Assembly: GCF_008831285.2 (NCBI RefSeq)
Contig: NC_045138.2
Coordinates: 31,248,001 to 31,312,000 of the forward strand
Source of the DNA: Nymphaea colorata
Lineage: Eukaryota
Direction: 5' to 3'
DNA length: 64,000 bases
The translations under genes and the position numbers were made by a program. The notes under the pieces are model-generated. The model did no database searches. It worked only from the letters and a program-made list of their open reading frames with translations, and was not told the origin of the DNA. How positions within the stretch are numbered: position 1 is the first letter of the stretch; each line of letters opens with the position of its first letter. This document shows, piece after piece, positions 36,290-49,828 of this stretch.

Positions 36290-37851
36290 GGTTTTGGTTT
36301 TCAATTTACTATCAGAGAGAACAAATGGAATCACGGCAGAAGGAAACCGGATAAACCTTGATGAATGTGGACAAGAAGGCCACTATCTGCAGAAGAACAC
36401 AGCAAAAAAGCTAGAGATCATACCGGAGAAAGAGGAGAGAAAAAAACATGGACGACCACGAAGAAGTAAACGATATAGGATAATAATGGAAATATCTTCC
36501 CAGACATGAAACAACTACACGAAAATGAACTATTTTGCTGGACAAAACGCCGCTTTTTGTTCAACGAGAAAGGAGGAGACTTCGGAATGTGGAGAACACA
36601 AAACAATAGCATCATTTTCACAAAAATGCTGACTGAAAAACTCGTGCATCTCTTGAGAAAGAAGGAAAAACTGGAAAAACCTTCTCGACAATTTTTCCAT
36701 TAGCACTTAAAAGAAAATAATTAAACAACCGATTCTTTCGTACTAAAAAAAGGGTTACCTTTTAGACCTAAGAAACAGAAAGGTTCAACCAAATGATGAT
36801 TTTCTCCTCTTTCTGGATCTTTGCAACGGAAGCTCCTCTCGAAGGAGAAAGAAAGAACGTGGCTTAAGAAAGAATTTTACATAGAGAAATATATCCTTTC
36901 TCCCACATTTTTTGGTTACATCCTCTAAAACACGAACGTATAAAAGCTCGGGAGCTAAGATACACCCGAACCACGATGAGAAGAAATCTAGAAATTTATG
37001 GAAATTAAAACAGAGGAAGATCAAAAAAGAAAAAAAATAGCCAAAAAAAAGAAATATAAAACGCACTATATTTTCAAATCTGATAAGGAAAAGCAAGATC
37101 TTCAATATTTTTGAAAATTCAAAAAGATAAGCAGAAAAAAAATGGAGGAAACAAATCAAGACAGCCTAAAGATCAAAAACCCAACAGAAAAAGCAAAACA
37201 TTATGGATTTTTTTTTGCTTTTGCCTTTGAAAGACGCATTGGGGAAGGGAAACATAAAGAAAATCGTCCGAGTAGATCAAAAAAAACAAACGAAGATTTT
37301 GACACAGAGGAAAAAGGCAAACCAAAGTGACAGAGAAGCGGCTACCTAATTCTTCCTGCTAAGGATCCTCCTTTTCCTAAAAAACCGAGAGAAACAATGG
37401 GAAGAAATATCTAGCTCTTCTTCTTCTTCTCCTTCTTCTTCTTCTTCTTCTTTCTTTTCCACTTCAAATTTCCTTCTGCCTCAAGCCCTCGATGAAATGT
37501 GAAAAGGAGAGAGAGAGGGAGAGAGAAAGCGGGATCCGAAAAGGAAGAAAGAAAGCAGGAAGAGGAGGGAAGCACTACCTAATGCCTCCCTCTTGTCCCG
37601 CCTTTAGTCCCTCCCCTATAAATGAGGAGACTACAGACAGACACCAAATCACAGAAGAGAAGACAAGAGAAGAGGAGGAGGAGATGCAGAGAGAGAAAGA
37701 GAGAGTAGCAACACCACCCAACCACCTTCCGTTCTCCTTCCTCCCAGTCACTCTCTCTCTCTCTCAATATGGCAACTCACCGCTCCTCTACTCTCGTGTG
37801 TTGGGTGGCAGTTGTTCGCTCAGCCTCCGCCTCCTCCGCCCCCTATTTATA
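36290..37851 (-). promoter_or_regulatory. FATB TATA box and 5'-UTR with leader intron
   Basis: Minus-strand TATAAATA at 37844-37851 and a CT/GA-rich leader; donor AG|GTAGTG (37578, with an alternative near 37345) and acceptor CTGCAG ending at 36387. Confidence 0.6.
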
Positions 37852-39217
37852 CCCCCTCCCACCCTTCCCCTCTCTCCTTTAAAATTTTGAATTTTGTCGT
37901 CTTGAGACCCATTTACAAACCAAACCTTACATTGACCTTTTAAAATTATTCCTTTCAGTTGCATTTACCACTGAAATTATTTTTCTTTCAATTAAACGGC
38001 ATTAATATCTTAAAAAAATAAACTAGCCAAAAAAAATAAGAAGCGAGCAGTTTGTAAGTGTGATAAAATGAAAGTTCATTAAAACAAAATGTAGTCACAA
38101 GGCATTACCAATCTTAATAGAAAAAATAAAAGTGACATAAGAGAAAAATTAACAAAGAAAGCATAAGCAGATAAAATGGAGAATAGAAACTGGGCAACGG
38201 GGAGAGAGAAGGAGAGTTAAGAAGTCATTCCAACAACATTCACTATTGTTTTGACAATGCATCTTATTAAAAAGGCAGTGGCAGTGGCAAATAAATGACA
38301 AAAGAAAAGGCAATCACAAAAATGTAGTGCTTTGACTATGCAACAGAAAGGCAAAGGGGACACTCGTTAGATAGGTGAATCTTAGAACCTTAGAAATGAT
38401 CCAAGGTATTAATGTAGCCAACAAAAATGAGTTGAGTGAAAATCGTAGCATAGAGTGAATGGTCAGAAAACCAAAAGGCACAATGGGATAGCCATGAATC
38501 GATGAGGCTCAAAAATAGCATGGTAACAAAAGGCAAAGGTAACTGATATATTCCCCATTATTTTTATCCAAATAATGTGTTTATTATGCTGCCAAAGTAT
38601 TTCTAAATATTTTCGGTTTCACGACCTGTATATACCTCTTTTGTTTGATTTTAAAAGTTTTTTTTATTAACATTGATTTTTCAAATCAATCTTAGGTAAT
38701 GTTTGATAGCATCATACCAGATCTCGAATTCAAGGCTGTATTAAAAAGTGTGCGTGTAAAAAATTTGAGAATCTCAATAGCTTGAATCTTAAATTTGTTA
38801 CATGTGCAAGACTATAAATTTAAAGTCGAATTTGAAAAGAGGGAGTTCAGACCTCAAATCCACTAGTTTAATTTACTTTGTACCTCGGGGTGAGTAGAAG
38901 GAAAAACCTGTTGCTTAGCACAAAAAACGTGAGGCTATGTGCATCCGCATCAATTAATGCATTGTTTTCCATGCAGGTGCTCATACCACTTAAACCAGAG
39001 ACCAGCGGCCTACCAATTACTAACTTGAAGGTGCCACCACCCATCGTCGTACCTCGATTAGTTGAGTTTATTATTTTTTTTATATGATGTCGATCAATTT
39101 GAAAAGTTGTTCTTAAAACTTGAAAATCAAACTCATATGAAGCATCTCTCATAGTGTAGGACGATTATTTTTTAGTAAGCTTTAACATTGAAATTATATC
39201 TCATTTTCAATGTTTAA

Positions 39218-39368
39218 AGTAGTGTTTGGATGGCACTTCAAAACAGTTTTTTTTTTATAACATCAAAGTCAAGTTTTCTGGAACAATCATTTTTGAGAGA
39301 TCCTAGCTTTTCAAAAGGATTGAATAACCTGATCACTGGAAAATAAGTTTTAGAATCCAAACAAACTC
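39218..39368. mobile_element. Tourist-type MITE
   Basis: TAA|AGTAGTGTTTGGAT...ATCCAAACAAACTC|TAA. Confidence 0.65.
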
Positions 39369-39714
39369 TAAATATTTGTTTAACCCTTTTCTCTGTTTTT
39401 CCAAACTTTTACAGACAGTGACGTTTCAGAGCCTTCTGGAAGCCATTGGTTCCTGAACAGGAGCTTTTTCCCTTTTTTTTTGAATACTACGTAACCAAAA
39501 CAGTAAAAATTTGTTTAAAAAAGGAGCAGGACTTGGAATATAAATCCAAGATAAAGTATTGGACTTGATTATGTGTAAAACTTGGATCCAACCTTGATTC
39601 TTGTTTATAAATTTAAGTTCCAACTTGAATTATAATTTAATATTGAACCCGATTAACAGTTTTCCATTTTCATTATGTGGACGTTCAATGACGAGAAAAA
39701 GGCAACTGAGAGGT

Positions 39715-40052
39715 TATAACACTAAAAAAAAATTTAGTTTTTTATTAAATATTGTGATGAATCTTCAAGGGCTTATAAAGAGAGTGATTAAACATATGAT
39801 TGTTCTAGTTTTTAGTTTTTTTGAAATTGAAGCCGAAACTGTTAAGGAACGGGGTGGGATTTCCCGAATAAGAGTCCAAGTGTAGAAGTGGGTCGAATTG
39901 TTACAGTAGTATCAAAAACGGTTCAACACTCTGATTTAAGGTCCTACACACATGGATGTGTGTGCTTCAAGAAGATAGGTGGATTGTATAACACAAAAAA
40001 AAAACTTTTTTGAAATTAGAAACAAAATTGCTAGAAAATAGGTTGAGATCCG
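39715..40052 (+). mobile_element. Degenerate TRIM (terminal-repeat retrotransposon in miniature)
   Basis: LTR1 TATAACAC...TGTTACA (39715-39905), PBS-like GTAGTATCAAAAACGGTT, ~80-bp interior and purine tract AAGAAGATAGGTGGA. LTR2 starts TGTATAACAC at 39985 and repeats the TTTTTTGAAATT.GAA.C.AAA.TG block. Confidence 0.6.
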
Positions 40053-41589
40053 TCAAACGATCATTGAAATAACACCCATAGAACTCAAACATGCAATGTG
40101 CGTATTAAAATCTGATAGAAACTTGACATTTAACTTACCTCATTGATATGGGTGCAATATAAGTTTGCCCACCAATAATGATATCAAGGGGCTGAAGGTA
40201 TGGGGGAGTCCACAGGGCCATGCCCCTTCCTCCGCACCCCCTCAACTTTTTAAAATTTAAATTTACCGATTCCATTTTGTGAAAATTTTAGTTTGGCCCT
40301 TGTAAAATTTATGAAAAAACTAACCACTATTAAAAAATTTCATAAATTTTATTTAATGGTGGCAGTTCAACCCCCTTGCTACAACACTGTGCATCTACTC
40401 ATATCTTTCCACTTTTTCAATTTTAAAATAAATGAAAATATCTAAGCTTGGATTAGAAAACCTGTAATGGCCTTGTATAAATGAGCTCTATAATTAAATA
40501 CTCAAGGCAAGGCATGTGGGGATCCATATTCACATGCTCAGCGGGAAAAATCATTTCATAATGTGATCAGATACTCTGTACTGCCAGTCAGGTGATGGGT
40601 TCGGTTCCCCATAAACACGGCATGTATCAACTTCTCAAACATCCGACGGAACGGTCTAATGAGCGTGACTGTTATTGGCCTGGTGCAGCTCTATCTTTTA
40701 GATTATGTGTTGGACATTTCTTGATTGAATATATATATATATAATTTATATATAAATATATATATTTAGATTATGTTAAAGATTAACTATTTCCTTGTTT
40801 CATTTAAACGATGGCTAAAGATTAATTTAAACTAATTAAAAAACGAAATTGATGAAACAACCCAGCAAATCCAATAGTGAAGAATCGTTAATTTCCCTGC
40901 TTATGACATATATTGGTTCAACCACATGGAGTGGGTTACTTTCCTTCTTCATTTAAATACATGACCGTCTATACTGTATGCACACACACTTATTTATATT
41001 GGCATTCATCACTCTTTGAAATGAAGTACATGCGAATTCAGTAGAATTAAACTTCATCTACGACATCAAAATTTTAAATCTCGAACCTTTTTCTAACTAC
41101 CAACATAGACTTTAATGTGCATTCATTTTGCAACTAAAAATTATATCAAAAGTGAGCAAGAGATAGAGATAGAGCGGAAACGAAACCATCAATCAAGTTT
41201 CGTTGAATATCGTAGGCAGCTACGTAAGCGGCCTCCCTCGAGGATGGAGCCTCAAACCAAACCTTGTTCTCTTGCTATTCATGAATGTGGTTGTGGGTCA
41301 AGCCGTTTGTTGTTGAGGATCTCTTTCACTTGAATATTGCAAAGAAATCTCCTTGACATGACTGTCACGTGTGATACATGAACGTCCATATTTAATGGTG
41401 ATTTTATTTTTTTGAAGAGTCTCGTAGTCATCTAATTTACATTGTTAAAACAAAAATAAAGAAAAAAAGTGATGAATAATTTTGTCATCTAATACTAGTT
41501 TACACTTTTTCGCCTTTCTTAATCATTCTTTACTTTAGATGGATGACCTTGGTTAAATGGTTGACTAACTTTATTTAACTAGAATATAT

Positions 41590-44500
41590 ATATATATATA
41601 TGTCCGATTTGAATTGAATATATGACTGAATCATTCCAAAAAAAATCGAATATGAAAAAAAGTCTAGTCTCCAATTAAGAAATTAGATCAAATTCAATTT
41701 TAAGAAATATATTTGATTTGAATTGAATATCTGACTGAATCATTTCCAAAAAATTAGACATGAAAAAAAGTCTAATACCTAATTAAAAATTAGGTCAAAT
41801 TCAAATTTAAGAAATGACATCCAATCATATTCAAATCAAATTATTTTTAAATAAATATCTTATATTCAACACTTTCAAAATTTGGATTGAGATATAAATG
41901 TATGATCAGATTTCAAATTCAGATTCTTATTTATGACTTTTCATTATTTGTGTTCGAATCTGAATATGTGAATATCAGAAGGGAGAAGGGAGAGAGAGAG
42001 AGAGGGAGGAAAGGTGCTTTGGGGCTGGCTAGGGTTTTGCAGAGGGCCCTGCCCCCCTCCCCCGTCTGAGCGGAGGGTGGAGGAGCTGGATGATAAATGC
42101 ATCAACAATGTGAGGATGGAGGCAGCACGTGACGTGCGTGATATTGGTATGCCGGTCAAGGCACTCTCTCAGGTTGCAGATAGGCATTGCCGTGCTTTTC
42201 CTTTTTTGGCAAAAGCATCACAAATGTTGAAGAGTACAGGGCAGACCAGCAATGTAACGAGCAGAGGAACCCCCATCACTAGAACGGGGCCAGTCATGAG
42301 GCTAAAGTGAAAGAAACTTTTATCCAAGCAGACCAAGCTGCGACAGGAACATGGACATCAGCCGTCAATGGAGAATCCCATAAAGAGGTATGTGATATTC
42401 CTTCCCTAAAAATCAAAGACATAGATGGTAGAAAGATGTTGTTTATTTCAAATGCAGCCTATAAGGCTATGGCTCGCCCTTTTGATTTCGCTGCCATTGC
42501 CACTCTGACTGGAGGGCTAGGAAGGGGTCAGCTTGATTACCCTTTCATATTTGAGACTCTCAAGCGTCAATGGATGCATCTTCCTTCTGTGAAGTTCACC
42601 ATAGTCAGTAAAGGGAACTTCCTCATCAAAACAGGCTTAGAACCAGAACTTTTGAAAATCTTGAAGCCTGGCACCTGAAAGGTTGGAGGTCGCTTCCTCA
42701 TGGCAAAAAGATGATTTCCAGGAATGGAGGTGCGAGTAGCAACATCATCCAAGGTACGCATATGGATTAAGTTGTCGAACCTACCTCTGTGCATGTAGAA
42801 CGAGAGAACCCTTGCTGACATTGCTATGGTGATGGATGCGTGATTTGTAGGGATGAATCAGTGCACTAAAAGTATCGATAAACACAGTTTCGTGAGAATC
42901 TTAGTGGAAGTTCTACTAGGGTTTGTTCCTACGCCAGAAATCCCCCTTGCTTTTAAAGATGGAAAGAAAGTAATGCAAATTGTGGAATATGAGAAGAGGG
43001 TGAAATTTTGTTCTATGTGTAGCTCAACCACCCACAATACAATAGCATGTATATTGAAGAAGGAATGACACTACTAACATGAGTGTCAAAAAGAAGGTTG
43101 GTCCACAGTTAAAGTGATCAAAAGGCATGTCAAAAGACACCAAACGATCACACCCACCCACAAAGAAAATGAAAACAAATTCAATATCCTTGAATTAGAG
43201 GTTATTGAAGTTCCTTTTGATGTGTCTCTTTTGGGACAAATAACTTCACCTCTAGCAACTTCTGAGACAACACATGCACATCACCAGGCCCTAGCTAAAA
43301 CTCATTGCAGCTCTCCCCTTGCACCAGTAGCAGAGCGAAAGGAGGAAAATGTTAACCTTGAGACCCATGCTGACAGTCCTAAGAACCAGATAGAACCTAA
43401 CACTAAGGACACGATTGTCACCCTGCCCAAGTTTGGAATCAAGGCCCAAGCAGACTTAGAGGTGACTCAAAAAGCAGTATTTGCCTTTGTTGCACATACC
43501 AAAAAGTCTAGGAAAAGGCGGTCTAGTACTCACAAAGCTATTCTAACCAATACGGATAACAATGTTTCTAAAAGGAGAGCTCAAGAAGAAGAACATGATG
43601 AAGGTAGCTTGGCCATAGATGAGCATATGCCCAAGGTTGTCAACGCCACCCTACAAGGGGCAATGCCTAAGTTTGTAGATATTGGCACAAACTAAGCCAT
43701 GGCGATAGACCCTAGAGGAGGTGCACCCAAGCAAGATGGGCAGACAAACTGTTATGGAATTCAACATGGTGAAGGGGTGGACAAGGAAATTTTGCCTACG
43801 GGGGTGGTTGAACCCAACAAACATGAAAGTGTGTAGCTGAAACATAAGGGGACTGGCAGGTAGGATTCAAATCGGAAATTTCGATTCACCTTCGCCAAGT
43901 ATGACCCTAAAATTTCATTCATTATTGATCCTAAACTATTTCTTGAAGGTGTTAGAAAGCTGCAGCTTGTGCTTCCCAAGTATAATATTGTTTTCAATTT
44001 ATCCTATGATGATAGATGGGCTCAGATTTTAGTTATTTGGAACCAAGATGTCGTTGACTTGATTCATGTTTCTTTGTCTTCTACATAGGTATCATGCAAA
44101 TTCAAAGACAGGAACAATAGTCTACACTTCTGTGCGATCGGTGTGTACCTAGACACTGATTTCAGATGTAGAAAGTGGCAACTTCTAGACCTACAACAAA
44201 TTATCATATCCTCAGAGGAGCCTCTGGTCTGCCTTGGAGACTTCAATGGTGTAAGTGGTGCTGTCGAGAAATCTGGTAATCCTCTTGCCCAATTGGCATG
44301 TATGGTCTTCGCGAATTTGGTCAATAGTTGCAACTTAACTGAAATTTCTAATCCATACATCAAGTATACATGGACTAACAATCGTATGGGGCCTATGAAT
44401 GTGATGAGTAAGATCGATCATTGTTTTGTTACACCTTCTTGGTGGATATCATGTTTAACTGCAACGAACTCATGATTCTCCCTCGCACTTGCTCTGATCA

Positions 44501-47500
44501 CAACCCCATCATTCTCAATGCTTACAATCGCAGATTTGGGGCATGTGGTAGACCCTGTTTTAGATTTTATGCTTTTTGGATGGAGGAAACTCAATGTCAG
44601 AACATCATCAAAGATTGCTGGCAGGAGATAGACCATGGCCGTCCACTGATTATGATCCTAAAAAAACTTGAGTTAGTCCAAACCAGTGTGTCCTCTTGGG
44701 TGAAGAGGTTTGGGAGAGGCTTTGAGAATGAGATTAGTGAGCACAAAAATGCTATGTTGCATGTGCAAAATGAGGCTGAGAATGACGATATGAATGCTAT
44801 ACAAAAGAAAACTGAATATAGAGAGAAATTGAACTGTCTTCTTCTAATGGAAGAGTTCTATTGGAGACAAAAGAGCAGAATTAAATGACTCAAGGATGGA
44901 GATGCCAATACCAAGTTTTTTCATGAGTCAGTCAAAAGCAAAAGGTGCATGAATAAAATCAGTGCTATCACAGTGGATGGACAAAAACTTGAAGAGGAAG
45001 AAGACATCTGCAAGGCCTATCATGAGAACTTTAGCAACCTGTTGAGTAGAGGCAATGAAACAGGGCAGTTGTCAAACAAGATGCGTGAAGGGAAGACAGT
45101 CACAACAGCGGAGAATGTTAGCTTACTTGCCCCCATCTCTGAAGAGGAAATCACTTGGGCGATCAAGGGTGCGGACCCTAACTCTGCCCCTGGCCTCGAT
45201 GGATTCCCTAACAAGTGTTACATTCAGAATTGGGACATTTTCCAAGAGGACATTCAATCTTATATAAAGAATTATTTTGTCTGTGGTAAGTTGGTTCGCA
45301 AGGCCAACAAAACTCATATTGCTGTCATTCCTAAGATTGCAAGTGATCATTATGTTGAAAATTTTAGGCTCATATCGCTTTGCAATAACATCACCAAATT
45401 CTTAAGTCCTATCATGATTAGAAGGATGAGACCTATACTGTGTCGTATTATTGGCGCTAACCAAAACGCCTTCTTAGTAAGGAGATGCATCCAAGACAGC
45501 ATTTTGCTAGGGCAAGAACTTATCCACTCTAAGGAGGCTAGGAAGAGCAAATCTCTTTGTATGAAAATTGACTTCAACAAAGCCTATGACAGAGTGTCAT
45601 AGGAGTTCTTGGAGAATGTCATGCATGAGTTGGGATTTAATCCTAGTTGGATACAAAAAGTGATGACTTTGGTTACAATTGTAAGTATGACAGTCGTGCT
45701 CAATGGCAAGGAGGGAAACTGGTTTCACCCTCAAAGAGGATTAAGACAGGGTGGCCCTTTGTCTTCGTACCTTTTCTTCATTGTTGTTGATATGTTCATG
45801 AGAAGCTTGAAGCATGTCACTCGAAATAAGCAAGTCAAGCTCCCCACAATAGGTAAAGACAGGTCTAGCATCAGATCACTGTTTTATGTTGATGATTTGA
45901 TTATGTTCTCAACATACCACATGAAGTCCTTAAAGACAATCAAGGGAATCCTTCAAGAATTGGAAAATTGCTCTGGTCTCAAAGTTAACAAGGACAAAAG
46001 CACTATTATCAAGATCAATACCGGCTTCAATGAGCTTAGCAAGACTGCTTGAATTATGGACCGGCAAGCTGGGCAACTCCCCTTTAAATATCTTGGGGCA
46101 CCTCTCCAAAACAAACGGTTGGCAGATAATCAATGCTCTGGGATGTTGCTTAAAATTGAATAGAAATTGGGGAGCTGGAAGCAAAAACTGTTGTCGTATG
46201 CAGGTAGACTATGTTTAATAAAGTATGTGTTGTCCACCATCTCATCTTATACAGGAATGGTTTATCAATTGCCCCGTAAATTTATTCAAAAAGTAGAAAG
46301 CCTTTGTGCTAACTTTCTTTGGGGTAGTTGTGATAATAAAAACAAAGCTCACTTGATTAAATGAGATCAGCTTTGCTTACCTAAGAGCGAAGGAAAAGTC
46401 GACATGAGAAGGATCAAAGACACTAATATAGCCAATCTCGCCTATCTAGCATGTAGAGCACTAAGCACTGATAACATTTGGGCTGGTTACGTCAGAAAGA
46501 AATATCTCAAAGGACATGGTTTGTGGCATTCCATCTCTTTTACTAAAAGTTTTGTCATTTGGAGAGATATAGTTAAATCTTGGAAGCAAATCAGAGATCA
46601 AGTCTATTGGCATATTAAATTAAGGATGGCAATAGGGCCAAATTTTGGATAGATAATTGGGCAAGTAGGCCCCTAGCAGATGTAAATGACCCTATTCTTG
46701 AGGTAGTCAATCATGGAGTCAATGTTAGAGAGGTTATCCTTGGTCCTAATAAGGAGTTGCGTGCTAAAGTGAACCGATGGAAGCCTGATACTGCGATGTT
46801 GTCCTTGGTGGATAACGTGCACTCGTCTGGGCCAAACATCACAATCACCCCATCTCTTGGAAAAGGATTTGGGAGACTAAGGAAACTGAAAAGTGGCGTC
46901 AATACATTTGGATAAAAAATGGTTTTCGTAGGGCGATGTGGACGATTTACATTGGGTGTCAAGGTAGAACCACGATTGATATCAGACTCAAAAAATTAGG
47001 AGCGCAGTTAGCATCAAGGTGTGTTTTGTGCCACAATCACGAGGACGATGATAGCCACCTATTTTTTGGCTGCCCAGTGTCGAAATTGCTATGGCAATTC
47101 ATTGCAACTAAATTCAATCAGAAGATTCCTAGAGATAACACCAATGTCTCATTTGGTGGTTTAAAAGGAAATTTAAAAGGAAACTATGGGCGAGCATATG
47201 GAAAACAACTTTCCACATGGCTATCTGGTACCTGTGGCAGTTGAAGAACAAGGTAAAACATGATAATGAACAAATTGTAGGTGCCTATTATCCTAGATTT
47301 TGGGAATCTTGCATAGAACAATATAAAAAAGTGAACCAGGATAGAGTGGAAATCTGACTATGTCAAGGTATCCCATCGGTAGGCTGGAACTTCAACATTC
47401 ATATTGCATCTTGGCATGAGAAGGCTTGCACCGTACTGCAGGACTGCTTAGAAGCTACAATGAAAGATACAGTTTTAATATATGCTCTTGGTCGAAAGAA

Positions 47501-47899
47501 GGGTGCGTGTTATCTGATAATTGGGTTCTGAACAAAAGTTTAGGCAAGATTAATACTAATGAGCAGACGATAATCATACAAGCCAACAACGACGCTTGGA
47601 AAGATGATATGGACAAAGTCATAAAAGGAACTACATAAAGGGCTAGGCTTCTTGTGCACATACAAAGACATTTTAATAGATTACAACTGTCATATCAACA
47701 ACCATCAATTGAAGTTTGTTTGGTAATGTAATCATCATGACAAGGATTTTAATTTTTGTTGTAAATACCCCATTTTTGTCTAATAAAATGGTAGAGGGCC
47801 TATCCCTCGGCAGGCTTTCACCTGAATATGTGAATATCCAAAAAGTGAATACGGTTTATGAGGATTATCCAATTTGAATAAAATCCATTGACATACCTA
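41590..47899. mobile_element. hAT-type MITE (TAGGGATGTCAA family) split by the LINE insertion
   Basis: MITE-like interior at 41590-41976 (with an internal ~110-bp tandem duplication) resumes after the LINE and ends TTGACATACCTA at 47899. Confidence 0.6.
41977..47821 (+). mobile_element. Full-length, inactivated L1-clade LINE (ORF1 DUF4283 plus zinc knuckle; ORF2 endonuclease-RT-zf-RVT with possible RNase H-like tail)
   Basis: Perfect 17-bp TSD CTGAATATGTGAATATC (41960-41976 / 47822-47838). ORF1 relic WIKLSNLPL...FVRILVEV...VEYEK..FCSMC...H...C. ORF2 from 43823 with CLGDFN, SKIDH, SDHNPI, APGLDG, KIDFNKAYDRV, GLRQGGPLS, LFYVDDL, LLSYAGRLCLIK and CVLC...HLFFGC. Many stops and frameshifts. Confidence 0.95.
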
Positions 47900-48200
47900 G
47901 TCTAAAGTTTGATGCATGCAATATTTTCATGATCATGGTGTAAAAGGAATTGTACATTCCATATCAGATCATTGAAGAGAGTTCATGCATGTTTTCCATT
48001 ATCTTAAGATGCTCAGGGATGATGTACAATTCTTAAAATTCATTGTCTCCCATTTTCAGAACATTCGTGTATCGATTGGCACAATGGACATAGAGTATAT
48101 GTTCATATTTAACACATTTTCTTAGTATAGGTTTTTCCATTCTTCCATGTGAAGGCTCCAAACTGTAACTAACATACAATCTCTTGACAAGATGAACATA

Positions 48201-48754
48201 CACCACCCAAAAAAAAAAAAACTAAGATTCACCGGCATGCGGAAAGGAAGTTATCCATGAAATTGTATTAGTTATCGATGATATTGTATTTTCACCGACC
48301 TCTAGGATGTGTTGCAAGTGAAGATCGAGTTTCATCGACTTCCAGAGGTAAACGCCCATGAAAATCAGCCTTCACCGATGTGTGCAGGGAAAAATTCGTT
48401 GAAATTCAGTTTTTACCGACGGCAGCCAGGTGAACATTGGTAAAAGTTACCTTTTCACCAACATGTACTAACGCTCACGTCAGTGCAAATGTTTTCCGAC
48501 CAAGCATTGTCGACGTCCGGTCTGTGCGTCAGTATAAGGTCTCTTTCAACAATGCGTTGTCCGTGAATGTCGGTAATAATACTTTTACTAACATCCTTCT
48601 TGCATCAGTGAAAGTTATCATAATACTTTCGCTGACGCACGCAGCTACGTGTGCCACTGGACTGTTGGTGATAGGTTTCATTGACAACCAGTGTGCACCT
48701 TCCTCTTTTACCGATGTTTTTTGACCGTCGATGAATCCTCGTTTTTCTGTATTT
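48201..48754. mobile_element. Non-autonomous CACTA element
   Basis: Degenerate ends CACCACCCAAAAA..AAGATTCACCG / CGATGAATCCTCGTTTTTCTGTATTT, 3-bp TSD ATA/ATA, and many TTCACCGA/TCGGT subterminal repeats. Confidence 0.7.
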
Positions 48755-49390
48755 ATATCAGTAGAAACTTAGTGAGCGATCAGAGATACAAACTGGCCCA
48801 ACATGTGAAAAAATATAGATGGCAACGCTGGTCATTGAAGTAGTTGAATCAGCATAATTTTGTATTGGATTTCCCTGACCACGACTTTGAGTTCCCCGGA
48901 ATGAGAAAGAAAGAAAACCAAGTGTTTTGATTTTGCAAGCATGATGCAAAAGCAGAATGAACACGCCAATGTAGGTGGCTGATCAGAAATTCCAACCAGC
49001 AACTACCTGATGGGAAGGTGCCATTTATTAAGGAGTTCCTTCCAGTCTTACGCCCACGGCCGACTAATTAATGGCGACTGAATTAAATCTCTACTTCTCA
49101 TTTTCTTCATCAGCCACCTTGACCAATTAATGCAGCAGATTCATGCACGTTGGTCATCGATATTAGATCACATAGATATAACTTTGAGCTTGTTTAAAAT
49201 ATATAACTAAGACGTTGATATCTGTGGAACTGATTTAGATAGTGTTTCAAGTAAGCTCCTATGTTGGCAAGCTAGAAGAGACCATAACAAAAGGAAGGGA
49301 AGGGCCGAAAGAATTGAAACTAGGCAGCTCCATGCTTAGAAGCATTAGCAATGGTTTATGACGTAGCGAGGACTTATGGTGTTTTTAATG

Positions 49391-49395
<5 letters not shown>

Positions 49396-49447
<52 letters not shown>
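49396..49447. repeat. (TA)n microsatellite
   Basis: Visible run; others at about 51474-51557, 56359-56434 and 61823-61887. Confidence 0.95.
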
Positions 49448-49452
<5 letters not shown>

Positions 49453-49530
49453 TACGTCTCTATCTGGTGGTGCAGCTAAATGTTAGTTTCTGACGGAGGA
49501 GCACTAATTGAAGAAATCTTAAATACAAGC

Positions 49531-49828
49531 CATAGTCACAAAAAGTGCATTTTTTTCGAAAAAAATGCAATAAATTAAACTTATTTTTTACTCTTTTCAT
49601 ATTTTTCATTTTTTTAATGTCAAACAGTTTTTTTCATTTTTTATTTTTTATTTCTTGCAAATCTAATTCTTTTGATGTTTGTGTTATTAGTTTCTCAATT
49701 ATTTTATTTTTTTTCTATTTATTTTTTTCAAATTTTTAAAAATATACTTTACTTTTGCCTTTTTTTCAATATTATATCCAAGAAAAAATCTCGCCGTTTG
49801 AAACTTCGAAACGTTATTTATGGCTATG
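49531..49828. mobile_element. hAT-type MITE (CATAG ends)
   Basis: CATAGTCACAAA...TTTATGGCTATG with 8-bp flanks ATACAAGC / ATACAAAC. Confidence 0.75.
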
